64,000 nucleotides of DNA from a candidate division WOR-3 bacterium (GTDB lineage Bacteria > Hydrothermota > Hydrothermia > LBFQ01). Each line of letters opens with the position of its first letter. Positions within the stretch are counted from its first letter, which is position 1. This document shows, piece by piece, positions 29,831-40,581 of the stretch. The notes beneath the pieces were generated by a model. That model did not search any database and was not told where the DNA came from. It worked only from the letters and a program-made list of their open reading frames with translations. Where the stretch lies: positions 23,627 to 87,626 of the forward strand of contig JALUCS010000097.1 in assembly GCA_027050205.1 (NCBI GenBank), given 5' to 3'. The translations under genes were made by a program, and so were the position numbers.

Positions 29831-29936
29831 CAAGCAGACGAAGTTCAAGCCCGCCCTGGTGAACGGCCACCCCGTCAAGGTCAAGATAACCGTACCCTTC
29901 GTATTTAGGCTGAAGGAGAACGGGGAGAGTAAATGA
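29529..29936 (+). CDS. Stand-alone TonB C-terminal domain protein with signal peptide
   Basis: MRRFLIGLLALTISIPSFAVYA followed by PKYPKAALEKGLEGKV..FKPA; no Pro-rich linker. Confidence 0.88.
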   Translation: MRRFLIGLLALTISIPSFAVYAAKQQSAGRSGATVLGADEVDKAPEVIHYVAPKYPKAALEKGLEGKVLVEAIIDENGNVIDARIKYSDNEIFNDAALAAIKQTKFKPALVNGHPVKVKITVPFVFRLKENGESK

Positions 29937-29961
29937 GAGGCTTTTAAAGAAGGAGGCGAAT

Positions 29962-32900
29962 ATGAAACGTTTCTTAGCGGGACTCTTTGGCCTGCTTGTG
30001 GCCCTACCGCTCTTCGGACAGTACGGAAAGATAGCGGGTAGGGTAGTCAGCGCCGAAAGTGGCGAGCCGATACCGGCCGCCGTCGTCAGGATCGTGAGCG
30101 GTCCTGCCAAGGGCGGGACCTACGCGGACGAGAACGGGTACTACGTCCTCTTGAGGCTCCCCCCCGGAACCTACACCCTTGAGGCCAGAGCCATAGGGTA
30201 CAAGCCACAGATAGTGAAGAACGTTGTGGTAGATGCCGACCACACCACCGAAGTCAACTTCAGCCTCCCCTCCAAGGCCATCAAGGTCAAGGCGGTGGTC
30301 GTAGAGGCGAAGGAGAAGATCATAAAGAAAGACGAAACGGAGAGCAAGGCCGTAGTAAAAGGTGAAAACATTCAGAACATACCCGTCGCCTCACTGGAGC
30401 AGGCCATATCGCTCTCCTCCGGTGTCAGGGTCAGCGGCGGTGTGATACAGGTGCGCGGTGGTCGTCCCGGTGAGGTGTCCTACGTCGTAGACGGTGTGGA
30501 GGTAACGGATCCCTACACCGGGTACCAGAGCGTAGACCTCCCCCTGAACGCCATTCAGGAGGCCTCCGTCAGTAAGGGTGGCTTCGGTGCCGAGTACGGT
30601 TCCGCCTCCTCCGGTGTGATACAGGTCGCCACCCGTGAGGGTACCGACAAGTACGAGTTCTCCCTCCAGCTCTTCTCCAGCGTCGGAATGGGCGGCTTCT
30701 TCAATACGAACGTGGGCGACCCCTACATGAAGTACTTCCAGCCCCCCTACTTCTACGGTGGAGACAAGTACAAGAAGAGCGCCACCCAGACCGGTACCGA
30801 GTACTGGAAGGAGCTGGTGAGTTTTGATGAAAATAGGGCGAAAGTTTATCAGGATAATGTGGATGAATTTTCCAAAAAGGACCCCTACTTTGCCGACTTC
30901 GCCACCTACTTCGTTGGCAGGGATTACTTCAAATATCCCTGGCGGGAGAACTACTTCCGGCCCATAATCGGTATAGGTGGTCCCATCCTTCCCTTCTACG
31001 ACGCCCTTCGTTTCTACCTCTCCTACGATTACACCACCACCCAAGGGACATTCCAAAACAGCATGAGAAAGGAAGGCTCCTACCAGTTCAAGATCTCGTG
31101 GTTCGTCACTCCTAAGGTCAAGCTCTTCTTCGGAAGCGTAGGTACGGACGGTGAGTACGCCTTCGGTTTCCGACCCGACTGGAGGCTCCTACTCCGCCGC
31201 CTGCCTGTCATAGAGTCCAAGAACAGGCAGTTCGCTGCTGGGGTCAACTACGCCCCCAGCCCCAAGTCCTACCTTGAACTCAGGTTTGGATACTTCAACA
31301 CCTACCGCCTCTATCTGCCCTTCATAGACATAGACATGGACGGGGTCGCGGACTTCACGGATCGCGACGGTGACCTCCTCGTTGAGGTGGACCCCGACAT
31401 GCTCAAGCTCATCGGTCGCGCCCTTGATCCCAACCTCATCCACGAGGACAAAGGCGATTGGGTAGAGCTTCGTACCTTCTGGTGGGAGACCCCTCCGCAG
31501 GGTTATTACCCCACCTTCGTTAAAGGAACAAAGAAACAGAACTACTACCTCGGCGTGGTTAAGGGTACGAACGACACCGTCCTCATAGCCTACGGCGATA
31601 CCCTCTACGATAGCAACGGCAACCCCGTGGAGGTTGATACTGTTTTCCGGGTTAAGAACTGCTACGTCCCTGCTGAAGGTAAAGTTAAGGCCTGCACTAC
31701 TAAGATTGCCTTCTCCAATCTCTACACCCCCGAACCCTACACGTGGCCGAGATGGGTCTTCTACACTCGCAACACGAAGACCTGGAGTACCCGTCTGGAC
31801 TTCCTCTCGCAGGATCCCTTCGGCCTTAAAGGACACGAGTTCAAGACGGGGTTTGAGTTTTACAAGTACGACATAAAGCAGACGGACGTTGACTACGCCT
31901 CCGGTGGAAACATCTACATGGACTTAGTAGATGCCCAACCCTACAAGGGGGCGTACTACATCCGCGATAAGATGGAGTTTGAGGGCTTCATAGCCAACGT
32001 GGGCTTCCGGTTTGACTACTACAACCCCAACGCCTGGGTGCCGGGTGACTTCCTGAACCCCGTAAAGGACCTGAACCTTGCCCAGATGGGACCGATATTC
32101 AACAGAGACTCCTCCTGGTGGTATCACGACAAGACTACAAGGGACACCTTCTTCCTCCGGGATCCCAAGAGGGTAAGCCCCACCTTCTACGTTAGCCCCC
32201 GTATCGGTATATCCCACCCTATATCCGAAAACGACGTTCTCCACTTCACCTACGGCCACTACTTCCAGGTGCCGAGACTCCGGTGGCTCTTCTCCAACCA
32301 GTACTGGTTCTTCACGGGTGCCTTCAACATAATAGGTAATCCATCCCTCAAGCCTGAGAAGACCATATCCTACGAGGTCGGTATAAAGCACGCCTTCACA
32401 CCCTACACCGTCATAGACGTAACGGCCTTCTACAAGGACATAGCCGACCTCGTGCAGAGTAAGTGGATATACATCGGAAACACCGGGTGGCAGTACACTA
32501 CCTTCGTGAACCAGGACTTCGGCTCCGTCAGGGGCGTTGAGGTGAACTTCACCAAGACCCCCGGCGGAAACAACCCCTACCTCCGCTTCCTCACCCTCAA
32601 CATAGCATACACCCTGCAGTTCGCTAAGGCCAGCTTCGCCAACCAGTACGCCCTCTACGCCCTCACCTGGCTGGGTATAGCCCCGGAGTACGCCGAGGAA
32701 CATTACGTAAGCTGGGATCAGAGGCACGTCATAAACGCCGTGGTGTCCTACGATATTCCTCTCATCAGGAAGAACCTCCGTATGCAGTTCTTAACGGGTT
32801 ACGGTACTTCGCTGATATACTCCTTCGGTACGGGTACCCCTTGGTCCCCTCCGCTGCGTAGCCCTCGCGACGTCCTTGAGAAGATGAACAGCCTCCGTCT

Positions 32901-33141
32901 CCCCGCTACGCACAACGTAGACTTCCGTATCTACAAGAGCTTCGGGCTGCCCTTCGGTGCCAACCTCCGCCTCTTCGCGGACATCTATAACCTCCTAAAC
33001 GACCGCACCATAGTTGACTACGCCGATCAGAACTACTACTACTACTTCGGCGACCCCGAAGGTCCGAGCAGAAACCCAACGGTGTATAAGAGGGGTAGGC
33101 TCACGAGGTACGGCCTGCAGATAACTTGGAAGCAGAGGTAA
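29962..33141 (+). CDS. TonB-dependent receptor
   Basis: Signal peptide, carboxypeptidase-regulatory-like domain, plug (VRGGRPGEVSYVVDG, GGFGAEYG), GNPSLKPEKTISYEVG, terminal beta strand. Confidence 0.95.
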   Translation: MKRFLAGLFGLLVALPLFGQYGKIAGRVVSAESGEPIPAAVVRIVSGPAKGGTYADENGYYVLLRLPPGTYTLEARAIGYKPQIVKNVVVDADHTTEVNFSLPSKAIKVKAVVVEAKEKIIKKDETESKAVVKGENIQNIPVASLEQAISLSSGVRVSGGVIQVRGGRPGEVSYVVDGVEVTDPYTGYQSVDLPLNAIQEASVSKGGFGAEYGSASSGVIQVATREGTDKYEFSLQLFSSVGMGGFFNTNVGDPYMKYFQPPYFYGGDKYKKSATQTGTEYWKELVSFDENRAKVYQDNVDEFSKKDPYFADFATYFVGRDYFKYPWRENYFRPIIGIGGPILPFYDALRFYLSYDYTTTQGTFQNSMRKEGSYQFKISWFVTPKVKLFFGSVGTDGEYAFGFRPDWRLLLRRLPVIESKNRQFAAGVNYAPSPKSYLELRFGYFNTYRLYLPFIDIDMDGVADFTDRDGDLLVEVDPDMLKLIGRALDPNLIHEDKGDWVELRTFWWETPPQGYYPTFVKGTKKQNYYLGVVKGTNDTVLIAYGDTLYDSNGNPVEVDTVFRVKNCYVPAEGKVKACTTKIAFSNLYTPEPYTWPRWVFYTRNTKTWSTRLDFLSQDPFGLKGHEFKTGFEFYKYDIKQTDVDYASGGNIYMDLVDAQPYKGAYYIRDKMEFEGFIANVGFRFDYYNPNAWVPGDFLNPVKDLNLAQMGPIFNRDSSWWYHDKTTRDTFFLRDPKRVSPTFYVSPRIGISHPISENDVLHFTYGHYFQVPRLRWLFSNQYWFFTGAFNIIGNPSLKPEKTISYEVGIKHAFTPYTVIDVTAFYKDIADLVQSKWIYIGNTGWQYTTFVNQDFGSVRGVEVNFTKTPGGNNPYLRFLTLNIAYTLQFAKASFANQYALYALTWLGIAPEYAEEHYVSWDQRHVINAVVSYDIPLIRKNLRMQFLTGYGTSLIYSFGTGTPWSPPLRSPRDVLEKMNSLRLPATHNVDFRIYKSFGLPFGANLRLFADIYNLLNDRTIVDYADQNYYYYFGDPEGPSRNPTVYKRGRLTRYGLQITWKQR

Positions 33142-33152
33142 GGAGGTAGAAA

Positions 33153-35486
33153 ATGAAGAGGTACGCTTTGCTCTTATCGTTGACAGCTCTAGCCCTCCCG
33201 CTCTGGGGTAGGGATAAGGTCCCCAGAGGCAACGCGGGAGACTTCCGCGTCCTGGCCACTTCGGACAAACAGTACGTGGTCTCCGTAGGGGACGTATGGA
33301 CGACCTTCACCAACTACGGTGAGCATGGGGACGCTAACCTGATACTTCCCGGGTACAGTAGGCCCGGAAACACTCCGGGGCAGAACGTGTACTACCTCTG
33401 GGACGGGCGAGTCTGGATAGCAGCCTTCTTCCAGGGGAACAAGTACGTGACCGTTTACGACTACGGGGTCAAGGAGTGGTCCCCGAGCCCGGACAACGGT
33501 CCCACCGGGTTCGCCTTCATCGGGGCGGACAAGTCCTTCCTTGACGTTGAGGCCCGCTATCAGGACTTCAAGAACGACACCAGAAACAGCGGGCGACACA
33601 CCGGTCTCAAGGTGATAGAGAGGCTCCTCTCCTGGCCCCACGACCCCTACAACCAGTTCTTCGCTTACGAGATGGGTATAACCTTCGTCAAAGACTCCTT
33701 TGACATATCCGACAACAAGCCCGACTCCCTGCAGATATACGTAGCCTGGACTTACGACGCCGACGTCTGCGGTGCGGACAGGGAGTACCCTCACATAGAT
33801 GACCTGGTCTATTACGACGGCGCGCCCGAGGACTGTAACATCTCCCTAATGGCCCACCCTATGGGATGGGAGGACAGCGTTTCCGTCCTCATAGATACGA
33901 CCATACACACCCCAGACGACGTACCTGACGGCTACACCATATGGGGTGATGATCCTAAGGAGAAAGAGATAACGATAGCATACTACGAGTCTCACTTCGG
34001 TCCCGGTGCCCGTCCCGACTCTTTCATGCTGGTGCGTCCCAACCGTGAAAACCCCGACCAGATGGACACGGTGTATTACTACTACCTCATCCCCCGCAAC
34101 ACGTCTATGATATACGACTGGGACAACCCCTCCGAGGCCGGAGATGACATCGGAGACAACGGTATGTGTAAGGGATACATCGGTATGAGGCTCATATACG
34201 CCCCGCCGAGCGACAACGACCTCTCCGCCAGCGACGGTCAGGGCGTCGGCTCCCTCTGCCGTCCCATAACCCTCGCCAAGAGTACGGGTACTGGGGACAA
34301 CGTGCGCATAATCTACCCCCACGCCCACCAGTGGTGGAACATAGAGACGGATCCCGGAGACGACAACGCCCGCTACGACTACATCGTGGGGGATCACCCC
34401 GCCACCAGGCCCTACAAGTTCGCCCCCCATCCGTTTGACTTCGGTGCCACGCAGTTTGACTACAGGTTCCTCCTCTCCACCGGCCCGTACTGGATCCACA
34501 ACGGAGATACCCTCTGGTTCGTAGTGGCCGCCGGTGTGGGTGAGGGACTGAACGGAGATACGAACAACTACTGGTATGGTGGCGATTACAAGCTCGGTCT
34601 CCGTCAGCTCATGGATCAGGCCCTTCTGGCCTACTACACCGGTGTCAACGGTCTGTGCGATCCCGCCCACCCCTGTGGTCCCAACGAGGCCCCTCACTGG
34701 AAGATCCCCATTCCGCCTGTCACCCCTTCCCTAAGCTACGGTCCCTCCGGCGACTCCGTCATCCTCATATGGGACAAGAAGGCCGAGTACACCATAGACC
34801 CCATCAAGAAGGAGATAGACTTCATGGGGTACGCCATATACCGTGCCAAGTTCGGTCCCAAGTTCAACAACCCTCCGGTTAAGATCCTCATAGACGCCGA
34901 CAAGGACCCCGCCCTCATAGACTCCGTGAGGAACTACTGGATAAGCTACTGGCAGAAGGTCGCGAACGTAGATGTGAGCGATCGGATAGAGGTCAAGTCC
35001 TTCAGGGGGCAGAACACTTACATAGACAAGAACCCTCCGAAGGGCTATCCTCTCTACTACGCCGTTACGGCCTTTGACTGGGAGCCGGCCATACACGCCA
35101 GCCTTGAGTCCTCTGCCAACAACTACCTGAAGAGTGCGGACGGATCTCCCAAGCCCATTTACGTCGGTGGTCCCGCCGGCGGGAGCGATTGGACCAAACA
35201 GGTCGTCATAGCGCCCAACCCGGTCTACGGCTCTACGAAGTGGTCCGCCACTGGTATTACCCCCGAGATCAAGTTCTTCAACGTCCCGGCCTCTGCTCGT
35301 ATAGACATATACTCCTTCACGGGGGACCACATCAAGACCTTATACAACAACCTTCCCACCACCGGTGCCGTCTCCTGGAACCTCCTGACGCCCCAGGGCC
35401 GTATGGTATCGCCCGGAATCTACTTTGTGCGCATCGTGGATAAGGACGGCAACACGTACTACGGCAAGTTCGTGGTACTTAGATAG
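33153..35486 (+). CDS. Secreted protein with FlgD-Ig/T9SS-like C-terminal domain
   Basis: Signal peptide; FN3-like W..GYAIYR..YYAVTAFD; APNP..IYSFTG..WNL..SPGIYF..GKFVVLR. Confidence 0.85.
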   Translation: MKRYALLLSLTALALPLWGRDKVPRGNAGDFRVLATSDKQYVVSVGDVWTTFTNYGEHGDANLILPGYSRPGNTPGQNVYYLWDGRVWIAAFFQGNKYVTVYDYGVKEWSPSPDNGPTGFAFIGADKSFLDVEARYQDFKNDTRNSGRHTGLKVIERLLSWPHDPYNQFFAYEMGITFVKDSFDISDNKPDSLQIYVAWTYDADVCGADREYPHIDDLVYYDGAPEDCNISLMAHPMGWEDSVSVLIDTTIHTPDDVPDGYTIWGDDPKEKEITIAYYESHFGPGARPDSFMLVRPNRENPDQMDTVYYYYLIPRNTSMIYDWDNPSEAGDDIGDNGMCKGYIGMRLIYAPPSDNDLSASDGQGVGSLCRPITLAKSTGTGDNVRIIYPHAHQWWNIETDPGDDNARYDYIVGDHPATRPYKFAPHPFDFGATQFDYRFLLSTGPYWIHNGDTLWFVVAAGVGEGLNGDTNNYWYGGDYKLGLRQLMDQALLAYYTGVNGLCDPAHPCGPNEAPHWKIPIPPVTPSLSYGPSGDSVILIWDKKAEYTIDPIKKEIDFMGYAIYRAKFGPKFNNPPVKILIDADKDPALIDSVRNYWISYWQKVANVDVSDRIEVKSFRGQNTYIDKNPPKGYPLYYAVTAFDWEPAIHASLESSANNYLKSADGSPKPIYVGGPAGGSDWTKQVVIAPNPVYGSTKWSATGITPEIKFFNVPASARIDIYSFTGDHIKTLYNNLPTTGAVSWNLLTPQGRMVSPGIYFVRIVDKDGNTYYGKFVVLR

Positions 35487-35496
35487 GAGGTAGAAA

Positions 35497-36483
35497 ATGA
35501 TCCTGTGGATGCTTGTCCTTCAGTACGGCGAGAGGAATTACAACCCTTTCGCCAAGGTAGGAGTTGCGGGAAGTAAGTTCCTCCAGCTCTATACCTCCCC
35601 CAAGGTGGGTGCTATGGGGGAGGCCTCCGTCAGCTACTTCACGGACGACCCCCTACTAATGGTGAACAACCCCGCCTCCGCCATGTTTATGAACAGCAAG
35701 GCTGTAGGTGTGGGGTTCATGCCCTACTGGGTCCAGACCTACGTCACGGATATAGCATACATCCACCCCCGCGGTAGGTTCAAGTTCGGTGGGTACCTCC
35801 ACGCGGCCACATCCCTCGGATTCAAACACACCGTAGTTACGGACGACGGCTACGAAGAGCAGGGGACGTTTAACTACACCGGTATGGCCATGGCCTTCGT
35901 TATGGGTGCCCGCCTGACCGACAAGTTCTCCGTGGCCCTCGCCCCTAAGCTCATATACGAGGGTTTTGGCTCCTTTACGAATACCTACGCCTTCGCTGTA
36001 GATGTCGGGACGGTGTTTGAAACCGGATGGCACGGTGTAAACATCGGAATGACCGTCCAGAACTTCGGGACGGACCCGAGGCTCTCTGGAAATTACGTAA
36101 TCTACAGCTTTACAGGAAACGAGGTGGTTGAGGATACTGTTCCCTACAAGGCCTATAACCTTCCGCTGACCTTCAGGGCCGGCCTCTCCTTTGACGTATT
36201 CCGCAGGTCCTACCACGCCCTCATAGGGGTACTTGAGGTCAATCACCCCAACGACAACGCCGAGTCCTACAACCTGGGTTTCCAGTACTCCTACGCCGAT
36301 ATGTTCTTCCTCCGTCTGGGCAAGAAGTTCCGCGGAGGGTTCAACTGGGTATCCGACTCCCACGACGAGGTCTTCAACTTCGGCTTCGGCCTGAAGTTCG
36401 CCAGTATGTCCTTTGACTACGCGTACACCGTAAACTACCGCATGCCGGACGTCAGCAGGTTCGGTCTCGTATATACCTTTTAA
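35497..36483 (+). CDS. PorV/PorQ-family outer-membrane beta-barrel
   Basis: FLQL..AMGEA..NPA, AVDVG, QNFG, LPLTFRAG, FLRLG, FDYAY, terminal YTF. Confidence 0.88.
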   Translation: MILWMLVLQYGERNYNPFAKVGVAGSKFLQLYTSPKVGAMGEASVSYFTDDPLLMVNNPASAMFMNSKAVGVGFMPYWVQTYVTDIAYIHPRGRFKFGGYLHAATSLGFKHTVVTDDGYEEQGTFNYTGMAMAFVMGARLTDKFSVALAPKLIYEGFGSFTNTYAFAVDVGTVFETGWHGVNIGMTVQNFGTDPRLSGNYVIYSFTGNEVVEDTVPYKAYNLPLTFRAGLSFDVFRRSYHALIGVLEVNHPNDNAESYNLGFQYSYADMFFLRLGKKFRGGFNWVSDSHDEVFNFGFGLKFASMSFDYAYTVNYRMPDVSRFGLVYTF

Positions 36484-36495
36484 GGAGGTAGTGAA

Positions 36496-39291
36496 ATGAA
36501 ACGGTTTGCGATAGCCCTTGGTCTCTTAGGCGCTACACCCCTTATGGGGGTAGATAGCGTTGAGGTATACCTGCCCACCTTTAAGCTCATATTCTCCATA
36601 GATGAGGTTCCTACGAAGGTTCCCGTCCTGGACTCAACGGAGTACGCGTACATCGCCCTCCTGAAGAAGAACATCTACGGTATGAACCTCGTTGAGGTGG
36701 CCTCCTTCAGGGACTTCCCTCCTGTCGGATGGTCCGCCGACCCCGAGTGGGGTATGACCTACGAGCTGATAGAGGGGTCCTACTACTATCCAGCCGTGGT
36801 TTATACGGCCACGCCGGCCACCGGTTCCTACTCCCTGACCTCCGCCGTGCTTGACCTGTCCGTTACGGACGTACCCATTCCGGACACCCTGACCTTCACC
36901 TACAAGCTAACCGGTATGGAAAACGGGGATACCATGTACATAGAGGTCATAGGAAGCGGGGACGACACGACCACGTGCTGGACCCCCATAGGCACCCTAA
37001 CCTCCGCGGACATTACGGATACGATGAGTGTCAGGCGCTTCCAGGTTCTCCCCGACTCCTACACCTGCGGCACTTTGGACGATAACTCCGTTGTGCAGCT
37101 AAGGTTCCGCTTCAAGGACAACAGCAGCCCCACAATGGATAGCTCTAAGTTCTTCGCCCTCTACAACGTGTATGTCGGTGGATACTGGTACAGGCCCACC
37201 GCCAACGACACCATTCCGGACTCTCTGGTGAGCTACTACGTCGGCACGGTCAAGGCTGCCTTTGAGAACGTACCCGACAGGATGCTCAGCTTTCTCGGCC
37301 TGACCAAGGACGCCCTGAAGACCAAGAGCGCCGACAAGAAGGTCGTCATCCTCATAGCCCCCTTTAATATGTCTGACGTCTATCTGAATCAGAGGTACCT
37401 CGGTTATTGGGACGCCTACGACACCCTCAACAGCTACGACCTCATATACATAAACTACGCCAAGCAGACGGCCCAGGGTGTCTTCGGCGGGGTACACTGG
37501 GATACCACGAAGGTGCGCAGGTATCTGGCCTTCCAGTACGCCCGTCTGGTGGCCTACAGCCTTGACACTACCGAAGCTTACAACTACTACCCTGTATGGT
37601 TCAACCAGTTCCAGATGGCCATCAAGGCCGCTTGGATAGCCCACAAGGTACTCCGGAGAGACTTCGGTGATCCTCTCGGACTGGCAGGAGGTATAAAGGG
37701 AGGAACGCCGGAGAAGAGCAGTCAGCCCCTCATCATAGCGTCCTTTACGTACGATGGAAAGGTATATACTGACGAGTACATCAGCAAACTCCTACCTTGG
37801 GTTATCCACGTAGAGGACATCGCCGGTGAATCCGCCGTTAAGGAGGCTTTGAGTGAGAAGGACGTTCCCTTCTTATGGTATCCTTACCTCGCAAACTCCT
37901 TAAACAACCTCATCCTAGGAGCCGGTTCCAACTTCTACAAGGAGGTGGAGACCTTTTACCTCAAGGAGTTGGGTGCTGGTCAGACTTGGGACGATGCCCT
38001 CGCAGACTATCCGCACTTTACCAGCGATGACGTCTTCAACACCCTTGACTACACGGCCTCCAGTGCCGCCAACGTGGTGAATAAGGTCGCCTTCCCGTTT
38101 GTGGCTTACAGGTATAGCGTAAACCAGCCCGGCCGTAAGTACCTGAGGTTTGACGGTGCAGACTACAACTCCGTGACTACGTACATAGGCGGTAGCCTTG
38201 ACACCATACCGGGCTTTGTGCTTTATAAGGTGGACCTTAACAACAACACGTGGGAAAGGGTACAGCTGGACGAGAGGTTAAGGTGGTCCTTTAGGGATGA
38301 CGCCGGCCTAAGGGGTAATTACTACTTCCTGCTGATAAACGTCGGTGCCACCGCTCTCTACTCCATAAGCGCCGACTTTAGGGATACTTTGCCGCCTACG
38401 GTGGCCGACTTCGGTATCCTCCCCGATGCTGCTGCCCCCGAGTTCATAGACGTCTATCTGTACTCCGATAGTAAAGTGTACTTTGACGCCGGTCAGGAGG
38501 GGGCGCTCGTGCAGTTCTGGCCGAAGAACGACTCGGCCAAGTACCAGGTCTACAACCTGTACCTTGACTACGCCGGCATGGCCGACACCACCTACCTGGT
38601 CTATAGGAAGCAGATCAGGCTCTCCTTCACGGATATCTTCGGAAACGAGTACTTCGGTCCTATCAAGTACCGCCTCACCCGCGCCCAGAACGCCGCCGGC
38701 GTGGACTACATAACAACCCTGACCGACACTTCCGGTGAGTTCTACAAGGTGAAGCTCGGTACGGACATGGCTGACATCATACCCGACGTCCTTTCTATGG
38801 CCTCCACGGCCGGGGAGCAGAGGTTCTACCTCTTCCCTAACGGTAGGGAGTACGTCTTCAACGTCCCCGTCCACGCTCAGGTCAAAGTGGCCGCCCAGGA
38901 GGGAGACCGGGTCTTCTACTTCAACGGATACGAGTGGGTGGAGGCCCGTTCCTACTACTATCCCGAAGAGGGTAAGGTTGAGGCCTTCGTGAGCGGCGCC
39001 TACCGCATATACGTCGGCAAGGAGAAGCCCTCCACCGCTCCCGTTACCGCCTTTAACGTCAAGAGCGAGGTCAACAAGGTGATCGTATCCACCCCCGAAG
39101 AGGGACAAATCACCCTTAAGATATACAACCCGATGGGTCGTCTCGTTCGCACCCTTATCCACAACGCTAAGGGAGCCGGGAACTACGCCTTCAGGATAGA
39201 CGACCTGCCGCGCGGTGTCTATCTCGTGCGCGTGAAGGCCGGTAAGTACGCCCGTACGGTTAAGCTCCTTGTACTTGGAGGTGTAAGATGA
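36496..39291 (+). CDS. Large secreted protein with T9SS-like C-terminal domain
   Basis: Signal peptide; LKIYNPMGRLV..LPRGVYLVRV..VKLLVL. Confidence 0.85.
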   Translation: MKRFAIALGLLGATPLMGVDSVEVYLPTFKLIFSIDEVPTKVPVLDSTEYAYIALLKKNIYGMNLVEVASFRDFPPVGWSADPEWGMTYELIEGSYYYPAVVYTATPATGSYSLTSAVLDLSVTDVPIPDTLTFTYKLTGMENGDTMYIEVIGSGDDTTTCWTPIGTLTSADITDTMSVRRFQVLPDSYTCGTLDDNSVVQLRFRFKDNSSPTMDSSKFFALYNVYVGGYWYRPTANDTIPDSLVSYYVGTVKAAFENVPDRMLSFLGLTKDALKTKSADKKVVILIAPFNMSDVYLNQRYLGYWDAYDTLNSYDLIYINYAKQTAQGVFGGVHWDTTKVRRYLAFQYARLVAYSLDTTEAYNYYPVWFNQFQMAIKAAWIAHKVLRRDFGDPLGLAGGIKGGTPEKSSQPLIIASFTYDGKVYTDEYISKLLPWVIHVEDIAGESAVKEALSEKDVPFLWYPYLANSLNNLILGAGSNFYKEVETFYLKELGAGQTWDDALADYPHFTSDDVFNTLDYTASSAANVVNKVAFPFVAYRYSVNQPGRKYLRFDGADYNSVTTYIGGSLDTIPGFVLYKVDLNNNTWERVQLDERLRWSFRDDAGLRGNYYFLLINVGATALYSISADFRDTLPPTVADFGILPDAAAPEFIDVYLYSDSKVYFDAGQEGALVQFWPKNDSAKYQVYNLYLDYAGMADTTYLVYRKQIRLSFTDIFGNEYFGPIKYRLTRAQNAAGVDYITTLTDTSGEFYKVKLGTDMADIIPDVLSMASTAGEQRFYLFPNGREYVFNVPVHAQVKVAAQEGDRVFYFNGYEWVEARSYYYPEEGKVEAFVSGAYRIYVGKEKPSTAPVTAFNVKSEVNKVIVSTPEEGQITLKIYNPMGRLVRTLIHNAKGAGNYAFRIDDLPRGVYLVRVKAGKYARTVKLLVLGGVR

Positions 39292-40565
39292 AAAGGTTTA
39301 TAACCGTCCTGTTGGTGTCCGGAACTCTGGTGTGGGGTGTGAGCGGGTGTAAGCTGTTCCACGCACAGGACACCACCCCTGAGGCTGCCGAGATGGGTAA
39401 ACTCCTGAAGGAGGGGTGGCAGTACTATAAGGAGGGGAAGTTTGACTCGGCCCTGGCCAAGTTTGACACGGCCGCTATCATAGTGGACCCCTCCAACATG
39501 GAGGCCCACCTCGGTAGGGGACTCACACTCATGAGGAAGGGCCTTTACATTGATGCCCACCAGGAGTTCGCCCTGATATACACCCCTTACGTCCAGGAGA
39601 ACGTCTGGATCGTACCTCTCTACGTCCCCGGCGATAGGGAGGGGGTGTTTGATACGATAATAAGCGGCACCGACACGTTGGCCTTTGGTATAGACAGCAA
39701 CGACTTGCTTAGAGCCGATCAGAACAGTAGGCTCATCAGTTCCCCCAACTATACGATCCTCGCCGCGTGGGAGCTCGGCCCCCTCTTCGCTTCCAACGGT
39801 ATCTCCTTTGAGGATGCGGACTACGTCTATCTTCCCGTTGACCTCAAGAAGATCATGGTTAAGCCCGACACGGCTCTCCTACCTAAGGGCATAGACCCCG
39901 TAACCTTTACGACGGCTTTTACCCCCACGACGGCACCTCTAAACGTTACCTCGTCCTCTATCTCCTATGTTGATACGGCTGGACCCGTCGTCTTCCTAAG
40001 CAGCACCAAGAGCGGTCCCGATAGGGAAACGGAGTTCCCCCTTCTGTTCGACTGGTTGTACGATGTCGACACCGCCACCTCAACGCCCATAGGGGACACC
40101 ATCACCCTGACTATGGTCGTCCTGAAGATGGCCAAGAGCGGTCTCGGGGAGAGGCCCGATATAGTTTGGATGGCCCTCGCCGCCGACGCCCACACCTACT
40201 ACATGGAGGCCATAGACAACAGGAAGGCAGCCTACCTCGCCTTCGCCGCCTACCTCCTCTTCCCTATGAGGGGTGATATACCCTCCGACGCGAACTACGC
40301 CGGTATCCCCGGTCTGACCACGGACGACGCCTCCGTCCTAAAGGGCCTCGCCGGAGTGGCCGCCCTCGGGTACCACAAGGCCGGATGGGTCGGGAACGCT
40401 GTCTCCGTCATCCGTTTCTTCGGCGACAGCACCTATCCCAACTCCCTGTGGAACTACATACCCGACACCTACGAGGAGATGGTAAACACGGTGGGCTTCA
40501 CCAAGGACGCGAACGTTAACTATTCGGTCTATAACAGGGCCAACGAGCTTTTCTTCGGTATGTAA
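39288..40565 (+). CDS. TPR-containing lipoprotein
   Basis: VSGC lipobox; GWQYYKEGKFDSALAKF..EAHLGRG TPR-like helices. Confidence 0.8.
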   Translation: MKRFITVLLVSGTLVWGVSGCKLFHAQDTTPEAAEMGKLLKEGWQYYKEGKFDSALAKFDTAAIIVDPSNMEAHLGRGLTLMRKGLYIDAHQEFALIYTPYVQENVWIVPLYVPGDREGVFDTIISGTDTLAFGIDSNDLLRADQNSRLISSPNYTILAAWELGPLFASNGISFEDADYVYLPVDLKKIMVKPDTALLPKGIDPVTFTTAFTPTTAPLNVTSSSISYVDTAGPVVFLSSTKSGPDRETEFPLLFDWLYDVDTATSTPIGDTITLTMVVLKMAKSGLGERPDIVWMALAADAHTYYMEAIDNRKAAYLAFAAYLLFPMRGDIPSDANYAGIPGLTTDDASVLKGLAGVAALGYHKAGWVGNAVSVIRFFGDSTYPNSLWNYIPDTYEEMVNTVGFTKDANVNYSVYNRANELFFGM

Positions 40566-40581
40566 AAAAGGAGGTATGAGT

